Position numbers and translations under genes: made by a program
IMG/VR virus record: IMGVR_UViG_2724679140_000012
DNA: 46,602 nucleotides
From: a virus
Lineage: Duplodnaviria > Heunggongvirae > Uroviricota > Caudoviricetes
Strand: one strand, 5' to 3'
Shown here: positions 23,469 through 35,254 of the stretch, piece after piece
How positions within the stretch are numbered: position 1 is the stretch's first letter
How the letters are laid out: each line of letters starts with the position of its first letter
The notes under the pieces: generated by a model
What the model was told of the DNA's origin: nothing
The model's input: the letters and a program-made list of their open reading frames with translations, nothing else
The model's database searches: none

Positions 23469-24059
23469 ATGGCAAAGCTCACCGACAAACAAGAGCTGTT
23501 TGCCCGTGAGTACCTGAAAGATCTGAACGGCACACAGGCAGCTATCAGGGCGGGCTACAGCGAGAAGACCGCCAATGAGCAGGCATCTCGACTATTAGCA
23601 AATGTTAATGTTCAAAAATTCGTTGCTGAACTTAAATCCGCCCGCGTTGAACAGACGGGCATAGATGCCGCCTATGTTCTTCGTAGATTGGTTGAAATCG
23701 ACCAGATGGATGTGCTTGACATTCTCCTGCAAAACGGTGAGCTAAAACCCATTAAAGACTGGCCTAAAGTATGGCGCACAACGCTATCAGGAATGGATGT
23801 CGTGGAGATGGCATCCGCAGATAGCGCCGCACTTCTGAAGAAAATTAAATGGCCTGATAAGGTCAAAAACCTCGAACTTCTTGGTAAGCATGTTTCTGTT
23901 CAGGCGTTTAAAGAGCAAACATCTACAGAAATAACTGGAGCTGATGGCGGACCTGTTCGTTATGCCGATATGTCAGAAGAGTTACTTGAAGAGAAACTGA
24001 AGGAGCTTGGTAATGGCAGGCGCTCCAATCAGCTTGAATCGAAACGCTCAGATTTATGA
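23469..24059 (+). CDS. Terminase small subunit, 196 aa
   Basis: N-terminal MAKLTDKQELFAREYLKDLNGTQAAIRAGYS is the typical small-terminase HTH signature; immediately upstream of the large subunit. Confidence 0.85.
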   Translation: MAKLTDKQELFAREYLKDLNGTQAAIRAGYSEKTANEQASRLLANVNVQKFVAELKSARVEQTGIDAAYVLRRLVEIDQMDVLDILLQNGELKPIKDWPKVWRTTLSGMDVVEMASADSAALLKKIKWPDKVKNLELLGKHVSVQAFKEQTSTEITGADGGPVRYADMSEELLEEKLKELGNGRRSNQLESKRSDL

Positions 24060-25533
24060 GTTGCACAAAGAGCTGGCTATCCGATCAGCAAGAAAAAACC
24101 TTCTCGATTTCACTTTGTACACTAATCCGCAATACGAAACAGGTTGGTTTAACGAGCTGCTTTGTGCTGAGCTAGATCACTTTCTGGATGAAGTTAAAGC
24201 CGGAAACATGCCTAGGCTAATGGTGTTTGCCCCTCCGCGCTCAGGAAAGAGTGAGTTGTGCTCTCGCCGCTTCCCAGCGTATGTGTTAGGACAGCATCCA
24301 TCATGGAACATTATTTCGTGCTCATATTCTTCTGACCTGTCAGACCGAATGAGCCGTGACGTTAAACGCATTATCACCTCTGACAAGTACGCTGATGTTT
24401 TCCCTGACGTGAAAATACCTTCAGGACGTAGTTTGGCGGGAGGCATCAACAAAACCGAGCTATGGGAACCAGTGGATGCCAAAGGCGAACTACACGGCGG
24501 CTCATATCGTTCTGCTGGTGTTAACGGTGGTATCACCGGTCAGGGTATGAACATTGGGGTTATTGATGACCCCGCGAAAGATTACAAAACCGCATCGTCT
24601 CCAATTTACCAGGAAGCGGTGATGGACTGGTATGACACGACATTCTTCACTCGTGTTGACCCGAAGATAAACGGCATCGTCATCATCCTGACACGCTGGC
24701 ATCAAAACGATCTCGCCGGACAGTTATTAAAACTGGCAGAAGAAGGCGGGGAACGCTGGCGCGTAGTTAGCTTCCCTATGGAAGCTGAAAAGGAAGAGAT
24801 TCATGAGCTCAACGGTAAAGTATATCGACTGCGCAATCCCGGTGAAATTCTGTTCCCTGAGCGCATGCCGAGAGAGTTCGTAGAGAAATGCAAACAACGC
24901 GGTTCCCTTGTATGGAATGCTCTTTATCAGCAAAGACCAACCGCCAAAGGCGGGCGGCTTATTAAGTCTGAATGGTTTGGTGAATATTCGGTACTCCCTC
25001 CCATGCAATGGCGTGCCGTCTATGGAGACACCGCACAGAAAACAAAAGAGGTCAACGACTTCTCAGTATTCGAGCACTGGGGGCTTGGTACTGACGGGTA
25101 CATCTATCTGATCGATATGATTCGCGGTAAATGGGAGGCCGATGAATTACAACGCCGTGCTGTTGCATTCTGGGAAAAGTGCAAAACTCTGAAGAATGGG
25201 CCGCTTCGCCACATGGCGATAGAGGACAAGTCATCTGGCACAGGCCTGATACAGAACATCCGTAAAAAAGCGATATGCCCCATCAAAGCAATTCAGCGCG
25301 ATAAGGATAAGTACACGCGACTGATGGACGTACAGGGTTATATCGAGTCCGGTTACATCAAGTTGCCCAGCAGCGCACCATTCATCAACGACTTCCTCGT
25401 TGAGATGGAAGCCATTAATCCTGATTTCAATACGCACGACGACCAGCTTGATCCGATGATGGATGCCATCGATGAGATGAAAAATGGCAATGGTCCGTTA
25501 CGTATATCTGAAGACCTTTTGAGGCTCGCATAG
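24007..25533 (+). CDS. Terminase large subunit, ~508 aa (start 24007 or 24013)
   Basis: Walker A PPRSGKSE, ATPase and nuclease-domain acidic motifs; position after the small subunit. Confidence 0.9.
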   Translation: MVMAGAPISLNRNAQIYELHKELAIRSARKNLLDFTLYTNPQYETGWFNELLCAELDHFLDEVKAGNMPRLMVFAPPRSGKSELCSRRFPAYVLGQHPSWNIISCSYSSDLSDRMSRDVKRIITSDKYADVFPDVKIPSGRSLAGGINKTELWEPVDAKGELHGGSYRSAGVNGGITGQGMNIGVIDDPAKDYKTASSPIYQEAVMDWYDTTFFTRVDPKINGIVIILTRWHQNDLAGQLLKLAEEGGERWRVVSFPMEAEKEEIHELNGKVYRLRNPGEILFPERMPREFVEKCKQRGSLVWNALYQQRPTAKGGRLIKSEWFGEYSVLPPMQWRAVYGDTAQKTKEVNDFSVFEHWGLGTDGYIYLIDMIRGKWEADELQRRAVAFWEKCKTLKNGPLRHMAIEDKSSGTGLIQNIRKKAICPIKAIQRDKDKYTRLMDVQGYIESGYIKLPSSAPFINDFLVEMEAINPDFNTHDDQLDPMMDAIDEMKNGNGPLRISEDLLRLA

Positions 25534-27068
25534 TGTTTAATTTTTTGAGAAAGAAAAAATCTGAGCCTCAGAAAGAAGAGGCGAAACAGCCAATGTCTCT
25601 GGCGAATGTTCTTGCGATTATTAACGAACAGGAGCGAATTAAAAATGAAGGCGAGGCATTGCGTAGAATTGAGAGATACGTACCCCCGCCAGGCGTTATT
25701 CCTGAACATATTGAGGAGTCAGCTCTGGCGATGGACTCCACGCCGTACAGTTACCTTAACTCAGCAAACATCACCGCATATGGCTACGGTGGATTTCCTG
25801 GCTACCCATATCTGTCTCAACTTGCTCAGTTGCCGGAGTATCGCAAGATTACTGGCACGATAGCAGAAGAGATGACGCGAAAATGGATTGAGCTGAAACA
25901 TGTAGGTAAAGACGATGGTGACGACAAGGCCGATAAGATTCGCCAGCTTGACGACGCATTAAAGCGTTTCAGAGTGCGAGAGAAGTTTCGCGAGGCGGCG
26001 GAACATGACGGTTACTTCGGGCGCGGACAGATTTATATCGACGTGAAGACGCCAAGCGGTAACTCAGCCTGGCTGGTTCCCGACGAACTGGATAAGAAGC
26101 TCTATATCAGCCCGCGCAAGATTACCAAAGGAAGCCTGAATGGTTTCCGCGTTATCGAGGCCATGTGGACATACCCTGGTGTGTATAACGCTGATAACCC
26201 TCTCAGTCCTGATTTCTTCAATCCATCTGAATGGTATGTCATGGGGCGCACGGTTCACGCCAGCCGTATGTTGACAATGATTTCTCGACAGGTGCCAGAC
26301 ATTCTCAAAGCTGCGTACAACTTCGGCGGCTTGTCGCTGAGTCAGATGGCAGAGCCATACGTGCAGAACTGGTTGAGAACGCGTGACAGCGTTAGCGATC
26401 TGGTTCATTCGTTTGTGGTCTATGGGCTGAAGACGAACATGCAGAGTGCCTTGTCTGGAATTGCAGACCCAAACCTGTTTATGCGTGCCGAGCTCTTTAA
26501 TAAGGTTCGCGACAATCGCGGAATGTTCCTTATTGATAAGGATGGAGAAGAATTCTTCCAGTTTGTGACAAGTCTGTCCGGAGTTGATGCTCTTCAGGCG
26601 CAAGCGCAGGAACAAATGGCATCGGTATCAAGCATTCCTCTGGTTAAGCTCCTTGGCATCACTCCTAACGGGCTAAACGCTTCATCTGATGGCGAAATCC
26701 GCGTCTTCTATGACTCAATACACGCCATGCAGGAGAATCTGTTCAGGGTGCCGCTGAAAACAGTGCTGGATGTTATCCAGTTGAATGAATTTGGCGAGAT
26801 TGACCCTGACATTGATTTTGAATTCCTGCCGCTGTACGAGCTTACAGAAGCAGAGAAAGCCGAGATCATGAAACATCAGTCTGAGGCTGATAAGAACTAT
26901 GCCGAAGCTGGCGTGTTCGACCTTGATGCAATAAGAAGCATGCGCCAGTCGGATAAGGCCAGCCCATACCACATGATGGAATCTGAATATGACGAAGAAG
27001 AGTACGAAAACGAGTCCATCGAAGAAGGATTCGAAGACACGGAAAACCCTTCGTCCAGTCAGAGCTAA
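25533..27068 (+). CDS. Portal protein, 511 aa
   Basis: Large ORF directly after terminase with acidic C-terminus; synteny. Confidence 0.8.
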   Translation: MFNFLRKKKSEPQKEEAKQPMSLANVLAIINEQERIKNEGEALRRIERYVPPPGVIPEHIEESALAMDSTPYSYLNSANITAYGYGGFPGYPYLSQLAQLPEYRKITGTIAEEMTRKWIELKHVGKDDGDDKADKIRQLDDALKRFRVREKFREAAEHDGYFGRGQIYIDVKTPSGNSAWLVPDELDKKLYISPRKITKGSLNGFRVIEAMWTYPGVYNADNPLSPDFFNPSEWYVMGRTVHASRMLTMISRQVPDILKAAYNFGGLSLSQMAEPYVQNWLRTRDSVSDLVHSFVVYGLKTNMQSALSGIADPNLFMRAELFNKVRDNRGMFLIDKDGEEFFQFVTSLSGVDALQAQAQEQMASVSSIPLVKLLGITPNGLNASSDGEIRVFYDSIHAMQENLFRVPLKTVLDVIQLNEFGEIDPDIDFEFLPLYELTEAEKAEIMKHQSEADKNYAEAGVFDLDAIRSMRQSDKASPYHMMESEYDEEEYENESIEEGFEDTENPSSSQS

Positions 27069-27807
27069 CGCCGGAGTTCATGAGTGGTATCGCTCTGAGC
27101 TTCTCAAGCTGGTCAGTGAGATGAATAAGTCTTACCGGTACTGGCTTGAGGCTGCATACAAAGACAGCATGGCGATGGATGCCAGCCCCGCAAATGAATT
27201 GAAGCGCAGGCTGGCTAATCTTGGCAAGCAGTGGGAGCATAAATTCAATGAACTGGCTAAGAAACTGGCTGATCGCTTCGTTGATAAGACACTGCGCAAC
27301 ACCGACGTTTCGTTACACTCAGCGTTAAAGGCTGGCGGATTTACCGTTAAGTTCACAATGAATGACGAGCTTAAGAACGTGATGCAGGCTGTCGTTAACG
27401 AGAACGTCAACCTGATTAAATCCATACCTGAACACTATCACACACAGGTTGAGACGATAGTCATGCAGTCTGTCAGCCGTGGTCGTGACCTTAGCTATCT
27501 CACTGATGAACTGGTTAAGCGATATGGCATTACACGCAGACGCGCTGAGACGATTGCACGCGATCAGAACAACAAAGCTACAGCAGTAATTCAGTCTGAA
27601 CGGCAGAAGAAGTTAGGAATCACCAAAGGAATCTGGCGTCACTCACACGCCGGGAAGCAGCCAAGGCCATCCCATGTGAAAGCTGACGGTAAAGAGTTCG
27701 ACCTCGATAAAGGGCTGTATCTCGATGGTGAATGGGTGCTGCCGGGAGAGGCTATCAACTGCCGTTGTGCGTGGTCTCCTGTTATCCCTGGGATAGATAG
27801 AAAATGA
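26989..27807 (+). CDS. Head morphogenesis protein, Mu F / SPP1 gp7 family (start uncertain), ~272 aa
   Basis: C-terminal NCRCAW motif and position after portal; track start overlaps portal by 80 nt. Confidence 0.75.
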   Translation: MTKKSTKTSPSKKDSKTRKTLRPVRANAGVHEWYRSELLKLVSEMNKSYRYWLEAAYKDSMAMDASPANELKRRLANLGKQWEHKFNELAKKLADRFVDKTLRNTDVSLHSALKAGGFTVKFTMNDELKNVMQAVVNENVNLIKSIPEHYHTQVETIVMQSVSRGRDLSYLTDELVKRYGITRRRAETIARDQNNKATAVIQSERQKKLGITKGIWRHSHAGKQPRPSHVKADGKEFDLDKGLYLDGEWVLPGEAINCRCAWSPVIPGIDRK

Positions 27808-27896
27808 TTGAGGTTTTATGGTCTCTGGGCTTAGTGTTGATTTTTGGTTGCTTAATGATTGCACTACTGAAAATAGCTATGCCCAAGAGGAAATAA
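27804..27896 (+). CDS. Possible 30-aa hydrophobic micro-ORF ([30 protein letters not shown])
   Basis: ATG overlaps the MuF-like stop (ATGA); single TM helix; followed by a terminator. Confidence 0.3.
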   Translation: MIEVLWSLGLVLIFGCLMIALLKIAMPKRK

Positions 27897-27898
27897 TG

Positions 27899-27918
27899 GC
27901 CGCTACTGCGGCTTTTTT
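27899..27918 (+). terminator. Intrinsic terminator within the late operon
   Basis: Hairpin GCCGC-UACU-GCGGC followed by UUUUUU. Confidence 0.6.
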
Positions 27919-27941
27919 ATTGCCTGCCGAAAGGTAAATGC

Positions 27942-29168
27942 ATGCCATTACGCAAAGTTAAAGGCGACTGGCAATGGGGATATCACGGATTGGCATTCGA
28001 CAAGGCAACGGTGCGCTCCTTTGATAAGGATGGGCGTTTGCATATCGAAGTGACGCCAATCAGTAAGGCTAACGTTTGCCCTTATTATGGACGCGAAATC
28101 CCTAATTACAGATCGCTAGGTTTACAGCCTGACAAAGTTTACTACCTGCTTCGCGACCCGAAAGAGTTAGCCAAAGCAGCATCTACATTCAACAACATCC
28201 CGCTCCTTAACGAACACATTCCGGTTACTGCTTCAGACCCTCAGAAGATGGCTGTGGTTGGTTCTACTGGTACTGATGCTGAGTTTGACGGGACTTATCT
28301 CAAGAATTCGCTTGTTGTCTGGGACGCAGATTCTATCTCTGGAATCGAGACAGACGAGAAGAAAGAACTTTCGTCGGCCTACAGATATGTAGCTGACATG
28401 ACCCCCGGCGTGCATGAAGGACAGCCATACGATGGTGTAATGCGCGATATCGTCGGGAACCACGTTGCTCTCGTAACAGAGGGAAGAGCCGGATCCGACG
28501 TTGTTGTCGGGGATTCAATACCAACAGGAATGAAATCAATGTCAGAACTTGCTAAAAAGTTGATGGCAGTTATCACGCCGATGCTGGCCAGTGATGAGAA
28601 GCCAGAAGAAGTGGAAAAGAAAGTGCAAAAGGTTGTTGAAGACGAAGCCACTCAGGCTGAGAGAGATAATGAGTCAGAAGCAGAGCGTCTGAAACGTGAA
28701 GAGGATGAACTAAAAGAGCGTGAAGAACGTGAGCGAAAGGATCGTGATCGTGACCGCAAAGAAGCGGAAGACGAAAATGATGACGGCAAGGATAAAAAGA
28801 CTGCCGAGGATGAAGACGATGATGAGAATAAAGCAGCTATGGATGCCGCATTGATTCGAAAAGCTGAAGAGAATGTGATGGGGCGTATCCGTCAAGCCAA
28901 TGAGGCTCGAGAATGCGTTCGCCCTCTGGTAGGCGATGTGAGCCTGGTAGCAATGGATTCCGCAGAGTCTATTTACCGATTCGCTCTTGATTCAATCGGT
29001 GCAGAACATAAAGGAGTTCATCCTTCAGCACTTAAATCGATGGTTGAATTCGCTATCAGCCAGAAAGCGGTAGTTCGCAAACCATCTCATGGTATGGGTA
29101 TGGATGCTGCCGCAACCAATTCTTTCGCCAAGGCATTTCCTGGCGCAACTAAACTGAAACGGAGCTAA
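27942..29168 (+). CDS. Putative prohead scaffold/protease (DUF2213-like) with highly charged E/K/D/R-rich central region, 408 aa
   Basis: Position between MuF-like and capsid genes; low-complexity charged coiled-coil typical of scaffolds. Confidence 0.65.
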   Translation: MPLRKVKGDWQWGYHGLAFDKATVRSFDKDGRLHIEVTPISKANVCPYYGREIPNYRSLGLQPDKVYYLLRDPKELAKAASTFNNIPLLNEHIPVTASDPQKMAVVGSTGTDAEFDGTYLKNSLVVWDADSISGIETDEKKELSSAYRYVADMTPGVHEGQPYDGVMRDIVGNHVALVTEGRAGSDVVVGDSIPTGMKSMSELAKKLMAVITPMLASDEKPEEVEKKVQKVVEDEATQAERDNESEAERLKREEDELKEREERERKDRDRDRKEAEDENDDGKDKKTAEDEDDDENKAAMDAALIRKAEENVMGRIRQANEARECVRPLVGDVSLVAMDSAESIYRFALDSIGAEHKGVHPSALKSMVEFAISQKAVVRKPSHGMGMDAAATNSFAKAFPGATKLKRS

Positions 29169-29171
29169 GAA

Positions 29172-29651
29172 ATGAGTGGCTTTCAAAGTGTAATTAATCA
29201 GCAACAGGCGCCGGGAGTTGAAGGCGATTTCGCTTCGGCTAACCCTAAAGCAAGTCTTCTTGCAGGTGAGGGCGCTCTTGTTGCCGGTGCAAATGGGGTT
29301 GTTGTGGGTCGCTTTGCATGGGTAAGCAATGGTGTTGTCAATAACACTGGAACCGGTGCTCCTGCCGGTTTCGTTCATCGGGAAGGGCAGGCGTCTGTCA
29401 CCACATGGCTTGGTGAGTCATCTATGACTATTCAGCCTGGAGTTCAGATGACATTGATGACTGCTGGTGACTACTGGGTGAAAACTGCCGGTGCGGCAAC
29501 CGTAGGACAGAAGATTTTCGCCAAGCTGTCAGATGGAACTATTACCGCTGGCGATGCCGGGGCGTCAATTTCGGATTACGTTGAAACAAAATTTGTCGTT
29601 GGCAGTGCTGGCGAGGCTGGCGAGTTGATTCAGATGGGCACCTGGAGCTAA
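29172..29651 (+). CDS. Putative head structural/decoration protein, 159 aa
   Basis: Gly/Ala-rich small protein immediately upstream of the major capsid gene. Confidence 0.6.
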   Translation: MSGFQSVINQQQAPGVEGDFASANPKASLLAGEGALVAGANGVVVGRFAWVSNGVVNNTGTGAPAGFVHREGQASVTTWLGESSMTIQPGVQMTLMTAGDYWVKTAGAATVGQKIFAKLSDGTITAGDAGASISDYVETKFVVGSAGEAGELIQMGTWS

Positions 29652-29654
29652 TAC

Positions 29655-30695
29655 ATGAATAACGCAGAATTTTTACAACATAAAGCTATGGCTGAGCGAG
29701 ATTACGGTGTAATCCTTCCGGAAGCCAAAGCCTATCTGACGGATGCTGTTGCTAATAGCTATTCCTATGCAATGGACTCTCAGCCTTCACTGGTAACAAC
29801 CAGCAACTCTGGCATTCCATGGTACTTCACTAATTACGTTGACCCGGAACTGATTCGCATCCTTGTCACTCCGATGAAAGCGGTGGAAATTCTTGGGGAA
29901 ACGAAGAAGGGAGACTGGACCACCATGACCGCACAATTCCCGGTTGTGGAATCAACGGGTCAGGTTTCCAGTTATGGTGACTACAACAATAATGGGCAGG
30001 TAAATGCTAACGTCAACTGGGTTGCTCGTGAGTCCTATCTGTACCAGACCATTACTCAGTGGGGTGAGCTGGAGCTTGACCGTTACGGTGAAGGCCGCAT
30101 TGCATGGGCTCAACAACTGAATACGGCTTCTGCGCTGACCCTGAATAAGTTTCAGAACAAGTCCTACTTCTTCGGCGTTGCTGGTCTGAAGAACTACGGC
30201 ATTCTGAATGACCCTAACCTTCCGGCATCAATCACCCCGGGCGCAACGGGTACTGGCAGTGGAACTACCTGGGCAACTAAAGACGGTCAGGCGGTGTATG
30301 ACGATATCCAGGCGCTTTACATGCAGTTAGTGAAGCAGACCAAGGGGTACGTTGAGCGAGACAGCAAGATGACGCTGGCGATGAGTCCAGAGTCAGAAGC
30401 AAATCTGACCAAGACCAACATGTACAACGTCAACGTGTCTGATCAGCTGAAGAAAAACTTCCCGAACCTGCGCGTTGTTACTGCTGTCGAGTACAAAACC
30501 GAATCCGGCGAACTGGTTCAGTTGATCGCCGACGATCTGGATGGTCAGGACACCGGATACTGCGCATTTACCGAAAAAATGCGTGCACATCCGGTTGTAG
30601 TTGATCTGTCCGCGTATAAACAAAAGAAAACCGGTGGCACCTGGGGCGCAATCATTCGCCAGCCGCTGGCATTTGCAAGCATGTTGGGAGTTTAA
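29655..30695 (+). CDS. Putative major capsid protein, 346 aa
   Basis: Size and position after scaffold and decoration genes with strong RBS; family inferred from synteny. Confidence 0.7.
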   Translation: MNNAEFLQHKAMAERDYGVILPEAKAYLTDAVANSYSYAMDSQPSLVTTSNSGIPWYFTNYVDPELIRILVTPMKAVEILGETKKGDWTTMTAQFPVVESTGQVSSYGDYNNNGQVNANVNWVARESYLYQTITQWGELELDRYGEGRIAWAQQLNTASALTLNKFQNKSYFFGVAGLKNYGILNDPNLPASITPGATGTGSGTTWATKDGQAVYDDIQALYMQLVKQTKGYVERDSKMTLAMSPESEANLTKTNMYNVNVSDQLKKNFPNLRVVTAVEYKTESGELVQLIADDLDGQDTGYCAFTEKMRAHPVVVDLSAYKQKKTGGTWGAIIRQPLAFASMLGV

Positions 30696-30698
30696 TTC

Positions 30699-31046
30699 AT
30701 GGCAGAAATGGTAAGCGTTGGCTGCAAATTGCCAAATGGCCTTCAGGTAACTCTGGATGGCAAAACAGTAATCCTGAACGGGGCGGCAACAACCGCCCTC
30801 CGTGGTCTTGATGGTGCAATTCCTGAGGGGGCTTTCGGAGTTACCATGGTCGAGAAAGACTTCATGGATAAGTTCATCGAGACCTATAAGGATGCTGCGT
30901 ATATTCAGAACAATGCAATCTTCATTCAGAAAGATATTCGCAGTCTGAATGCGCAGGGTAAAGATCTGAAAGAATCAAAAACTGGCCTCGAAGGCCTTGA
31001 CCCGGAAAATCCGGCTCCGGGCGTAAAAAAGGCTGACAAAAAATAG
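30699..31046 (+). CDS. Hypothetical head-associated protein, 115 aa
   Basis: ORF tightly packed after the capsid gene. Confidence 0.6.
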   Translation: MAEMVSVGCKLPNGLQVTLDGKTVILNGAATTALRGLDGAIPEGAFGVTMVEKDFMDKFIETYKDAAYIQNNAIFIQKDIRSLNAQGKDLKESKTGLEGLDPENPAPGVKKADKK

Positions 31047-31058
31047 CAGGAGCAGCAA

Positions 31059-31490
31059 ATGGGCGTCGTAATATTTGACCCCTCCGCATTTAAGCTACGC
31101 TATCCTGAATTCTCATCCGTCGACGACGCACTTCTTCAGCAGTATTTCACGCAAGCAACCATTTATCTCGATAACACAGACACAAGTCGTGTGTCGGATT
31201 TGGCTGTACGCTCAATGCTGCTGAATATGCTGGTTGCCCATATCGCCTGTTTGTATTCAGGAGCGAATGGGCAGTCTCCATCCGGATTGGTTGGAAGAAT
31301 CGACAGTGCTTCAGAGGGTTCGGTTAGCGTTCATGCCGATATGCCAGTGGTAACAGCAAATTCAGCATGGTACATGCAAACAAAGTATGGGGCTGATTAC
31401 TGGAATGCTACGGCGCCGTTTCGCACCTTCCAGTATATAAGCGGGCATTCTCCATCAAATTACCCGTATGGGTATTACCGGAGGTACTGA
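31059..31490 (+). CDS. Putative head-tail connector/adaptor protein, 143 aa
   Basis: Synteny between capsid and tail genes. Confidence 0.55.
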   Translation: MGVVIFDPSAFKLRYPEFSSVDDALLQQYFTQATIYLDNTDTSRVSDLAVRSMLLNMLVAHIACLYSGANGQSPSGLVGRIDSASEGSVSVHADMPVVTANSAWYMQTKYGADYWNATAPFRTFQYISGHSPSNYPYGYYRRY

Positions 31491-32056
31491 TGGATAAGGT
31501 GATGGAGTTCCTTGATTCAGTTGGTAGTGAGTTGTCCTCAAAGCAATTGAAGGTCGGGTTTCTTGAAGATGCCACCTATCCAGATGGTACTTCTATGCCA
31601 ATGGTTGCAGCATCTAACGAATTTGGTAACCCGGCAAGTGGAAGTCCGCCAAGGCCATTCTTCAGGAATGCTATAGCTTCTAAATCTGAAGAGTGGTCAG
31701 AAAAGGTCGAAAAGATCATGAAATCGCATGACGGAGATACGGATACTGTTCTGAATCTTATCGGCGAGATCATAAAAGCAGACATTCAGGATTCCATTCG
31801 AACTATTCAAGAGCCGCCATTAAGCCCGGTAACAGTACTTCTAAGAAGTAGATTCCCTAATAACAGGGCGGAAATGACCAAGTGGGATGTAGTGAAGGCC
31901 AGAGAAGATGTTTTTGGTGGTCCGGGCTATTTCGGCCCGGTGAAAAAGGTTGATGTTGATATGAGCAACAACAAGCCTCTCATATGGACCGGGGACATGT
32001 TAAGGGCTATTGATTATGAGGTAGGTGAAATTGAATCTTCGACAGATAGCCAATAA
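31490..32056 (+). CDS. Putative head-tail joining / virion morphogenesis protein, 188 aa
   Basis: Synteny; start overlaps upstream stop. Confidence 0.55.
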   Translation: MDKVMEFLDSVGSELSSKQLKVGFLEDATYPDGTSMPMVAASNEFGNPASGSPPRPFFRNAIASKSEEWSEKVEKIMKSHDGDTDTVLNLIGEIIKADIQDSIRTIQEPPLSPVTVLLRSRFPNNRAEMTKWDVVKAREDVFGGPGYFGPVKKVDVDMSNNKPLIWTGDMLRAIDYEVGEIESSTDSQ

Positions 32057-32402
32057 CGCGATCACAAGCATTAACCCCAACATCCCGGCAATCCTGAAAA
32101 AGTATGCAGGTGAAACTATCGGCCCCGGTCGCAAGCCGATTCCGTCTTATCTCCCTGACCAGAACGTTACCATTCAACTACAGCCAATCAGTCGCGGCGA
32201 CATGCAACACGTCGATGGATTGAATATTCAGGGGCTGGCAAAAGTGATTTACGTCAATGGTAATTACTTCAGTGTGCAGCGAGAACTGGAGCAGGGCGGA
32301 GATATCTTCGTGATTAACGGGGAACAATGGCTTGTTGTTGAGCCAATAGAGTTGTGGCCTGACTGGTGCCGGCTGATTGCCGTGTTGCAGGTAAGCCCAT
32401 GA
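32025..32402 (+). CDS. Hypothetical virion protein, 125 aa (start uncertain)
   Basis: ORF overlapping neighbours at both ends. Confidence 0.5.
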   Translation: MKLNLRQIANNAITSINPNIPAILKKYAGETIGPGRKPIPSYLPDQNVTIQLQPISRGDMQHVDGLNIQGLAKVIYVNGNYFSVQRELEQGGDIFVINGEQWLVVEPIELWPDWCRLIAVLQVSP

Positions 32403-32914
32403 ATGATTTCACTGTCGATAATATTATCGATGTACTTGCTGGCTACATAGAACCTATCGCTGGTAAATGCCTGCAGGCTCAGGCTAACCGTGTACCAATG
32501 CCCAAAGATCAGTTCTGCATCCTGACCCCTTTGCGATTCACCAGACTATCCACGACGAGAGAGCTTAAACAAGATACCGGCTCTCCGGACACAAGCGCCA
32601 TGGGATATACGGAAGTTCGCCAGGCTGATATTCAGGTAGATATCTATGGTCAGGGTGCAGGGGATAGAGCTATTGCACTGGAAACAACATTCACCAGTGG
32701 ATATGGCTACGACATCATCAAGGCTATTGATGCACGGCTTGCGCCGCTTTACTCATCTCCTGCCATTCAGGCGCCGATGATCAACGCCGAGAGTCAGTGG
32801 CAGGAGCGTTACACGTTAACTCTTTCCCTGCAAGCACACATCACCGTGTCGTTCCAGCAGGACTATTTCGACAAAGCAGAAATTTCAACTGAACAGGTGG
32901 ATAACCGCCCATGA
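32399..32914 (+). CDS. Putative tail completion/terminator protein, ~171 aa
   Basis: Start at internal ATG 32399 (MNDFTVDNIID); position immediately before the sheath gene. Confidence 0.55.
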   Translation: MNDFTVDNIIDVLAGYIEPIAGKCLQAQANRVPMPKDQFCILTPLRFTRLSTTRELKQDTGSPDTSAMGYTEVRQADIQVDIYGQGAGDRAIALETTFTSGYGYDIIKAIDARLAPLYSSPAIQAPMINAESQWQERYTLTLSLQAHITVSFQQDYFDKAEISTEQVDNRP

Positions 32915-34401
32915 GCACAATTCCTTTATCTGTAGATTTTAATATCACGCCCAATGTCGTTACGCCTGCCGGTTCTGCGGTTGATGCTAACGGCCTGATG
33001 TTGACCGATAACGAGCTTATCCCGGTTGGCGCGGTACAATCTTATTACTCCTCATCTGATGTATCAGCTTTGATGGGGAGTGAATCGAAAGAATTCCTCG
33101 CAGCACAACAGTATTTTAACGGATACGAAAACTCATCTGTTATTCCTGGTGAACTGCTGATGTATCGTATTGTTACTTCACCAGTGGCTGGGTATCTTCT
33201 GTCCGGCAACCTGAAAGGTGTTACCCTGGCAACACTGAAAGCTATTCCAGCAGGAACAATCACCCTTTCCATTGACGGTGAGTCGACTACCAGCACATCA
33301 ATTGATTTGTCCACAGCCACAAGTTTTAGTGATATTGCGTCCAAGTTGCAGGTTGGAATTGGTGCAAGCAAGGTGGTGGTTGAATGGTTGCCAATCGCTA
33401 ACCGATTCATCATTCGCTCTGCCACTACTGGCGCAGAGAGTGAAGTGTCTTATGCCTCTGCTGGCGCTCTGGCTACCGGCTTGTTACTGACGCAGGATTC
33501 CGCAGCGATTGTATCACCGGGTTCTGATGCGGTAACTCTGACAGACACGATGAACAACATCATCAACGTCAACCAGAACTGGATCCTGTTTAACTCGCTG
33601 GTCGAACTGACCGATGACCAGAAAACAGAATTGTGCGCATGGGCAAGCAGCAGTAAAAACCGATTTGGATATGTTGTTCACGACACCACTTCAGCAGGAA
33701 CGGTAGCCAATAATGCCAATTGCTTTGTGCAGAAAGTGGTTGTGGCAAATGGCTACGAGAACATTTTTCCGGTGTACGGAACATACCTGTATAGCGTTAC
33801 AGCACTGGCATATGCCGCATCGGTCGACTTCGCTCGCACTAATGGACGCATCTCGTTCAAGTTCCGTGGATTCCCAGGGCTGACGCCTAACGTGAGCGAC
33901 CTGGCTACGGCTCAGGCTCTGAAATCAAACGGTTACAACTTCTACGGCTCATACAGCCTGAACAAAACAATGGCGCAGTACGCATCTGATGGTGCCATTA
34001 CTGGCAAGTTTGTATGGCTGGACAGTTTTATTAATCAGGTATGGATTAATGCCAATCTGGTTAGTGCTTTTGCCAACCTGTTCACCAATAACCAGTCTTA
34101 CCCGTTCAATGAGACAGGATACGGCGCAGTGTCTGCCGCTGTTATTGATGTTGCTGAACAGGCTCTCAATTTCGGGGCTATTCAGCGTGGCGTGAAACTT
34201 GATAATGCGCAAACCAGAATTGTGAATAACACAGTTGGAAAAGATATCTCATCGACGCTGTATTCACAGGGCTGGTTCCTGTACATCCCGACACAGTCAG
34301 GCTCTGCACGCATTGAGCGCGACCTGAAAGGTGTCATTTTTTATTATGTCGATGGGCAACTTATTCAGTCCATCACAATGTCCTCAACCGCGATTTTATA
34401 A
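32911..34401 (+). CDS. Putative contractile tail sheath protein, 496 aa
   Basis: Large ORF directly upstream of a ~140-aa tube-size gene, a chaperone pair and the tape measure gene. Confidence 0.75.
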   Translation: MSTIPLSVDFNITPNVVTPAGSAVDANGLMLTDNELIPVGAVQSYYSSSDVSALMGSESKEFLAAQQYFNGYENSSVIPGELLMYRIVTSPVAGYLLSGNLKGVTLATLKAIPAGTITLSIDGESTTSTSIDLSTATSFSDIASKLQVGIGASKVVVEWLPIANRFIIRSATTGAESEVSYASAGALATGLLLTQDSAAIVSPGSDAVTLTDTMNNIINVNQNWILFNSLVELTDDQKTELCAWASSSKNRFGYVVHDTTSAGTVANNANCFVQKVVVANGYENIFPVYGTYLYSVTALAYAASVDFARTNGRISFKFRGFPGLTPNVSDLATAQALKSNGYNFYGSYSLNKTMAQYASDGAITGKFVWLDSFINQVWINANLVSAFANLFTNNQSYPFNETGYGAVSAAVIDVAEQALNFGAIQRGVKLDNAQTRIVNNTVGKDISSTLYSQGWFLYIPTQSGSARIERDLKGVIFYYVDGQLIQSITMSSTAIL

Positions 34402-34412
34402 GGGAATAAATC

Positions 34413-34847
34413 ATGCCTATCGATATTACCTCGGCAAACAGTAAGCTGCGAATCGTCGTACCCGCTTACTACCCTGGCGGTTTTGATGTTGACGACTACG
34501 CAGCTGATAACATGTTTGAAACTGGTGCGTTACAGAACAAAGAAGACATGATGTCAGCGGACGGTAAATACCATGCTGGTTTTATCTTTAACCCGACAGA
34601 GTTCACCATCAACCTGATGCCCACATCCAATGCTGGCTCGCTGATTGATGACTGGTATGCAGCGGAGAGAACCGCAATTTCAGCGTTTCAGTGTAATGCG
34701 GTGCTTACAGTTCCGGCTCTCGGCGCGAAGTGGAATTTTGTGAACGGGGTTCTTTATACATGGACTCCAACCCCTCCGGGTCGGCGCGTACTGCAACCAC
34801 GCCCGGCAGTATTTCACTTTGAGTCTGTAACACGGAGCACTATCTGA
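34413..34847 (+). CDS. Putative tail tube protein, 144 aa
   Basis: Synteny between sheath and chaperone/tape-measure genes. Confidence 0.7.
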   Translation: MPIDITSANSKLRIVVPAYYPGGFDVDDYAADNMFETGALQNKEDMMSADGKYHAGFIFNPTEFTINLMPTSNAGSLIDDWYAAERTAISAFQCNAVLTVPALGAKWNFVNGVLYTWTPTPPGRRVLQPRPAVFHFESVTRSTI

Positions 34848-35254
34848 TGGCACGTAAAGAAATCCCCTTTATCGTGGAAGACGATAATCGCGACAATGGG
34901 AAAGAGTTCATTATCACAGAGATGTCGGCATGGGATGCCGACGAACTGGCACAGGATTTATTCCGCTCCATGGGGGAATCGGGATTCTCTGGTATTCCTG
35001 CTGATGTGATTGCCATGGGGTGTGCTGGCCTTGCCACCCTTGGTCTGAATGTTCTTTCTGCCGCATCGCCGGAAGTCGCCAGAAAACTTCGTGATCGCCT
35101 GATGTCAACTGTGCAAATTGTGATTACACACGAAGGCAGCAGACAGGTGCGAACCGTGAAGCCTGTCGACTTTGAAGAGGTATCAACCATTCGTCAGGTA
35201 ATGGATAAGGTATTTAAAGTCAATTTTGATTTTTTAACGATCGCCGGAGAGTGA
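34847..35254 (+). CDS. Tail assembly chaperone (G-like), 135 aa
   Basis: Acidic small protein immediately upstream of the tape measure gene; slippery heptamer near the 3' end. Confidence 0.7.
   Translation: MARKEIPFIVEDDNRDNGKEFIITEMSAWDADELAQDLFRSMGESGFSGIPADVIAMGCAGLATLGLNVLSAASPEVARKLRDRLMSTVQIVITHEGSRQVRTVKPVDFEEVSTIRQVMDKVFKVNFDFLTIAGE
35230..35236 (+). promoter_or_regulatory. Candidate -1 programmed frameshift slippery site T_TTT_TTA
   Basis: Heptamer fits X_XXY_YYZ in the zero frame of the chaperone ORF; the -1 frame is open from here into ORF 35251..35469. Confidence 0.5.

Noticed and set aside
24177-27425. Assorted antisense ORFs inside the terminase, portal and MuF-like genes (for example 24177..24536, 25353..25709, 26064..26615, 26866..27240)
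   Set aside because: Embedded in long, well-supported structural genes; no RBS or homology
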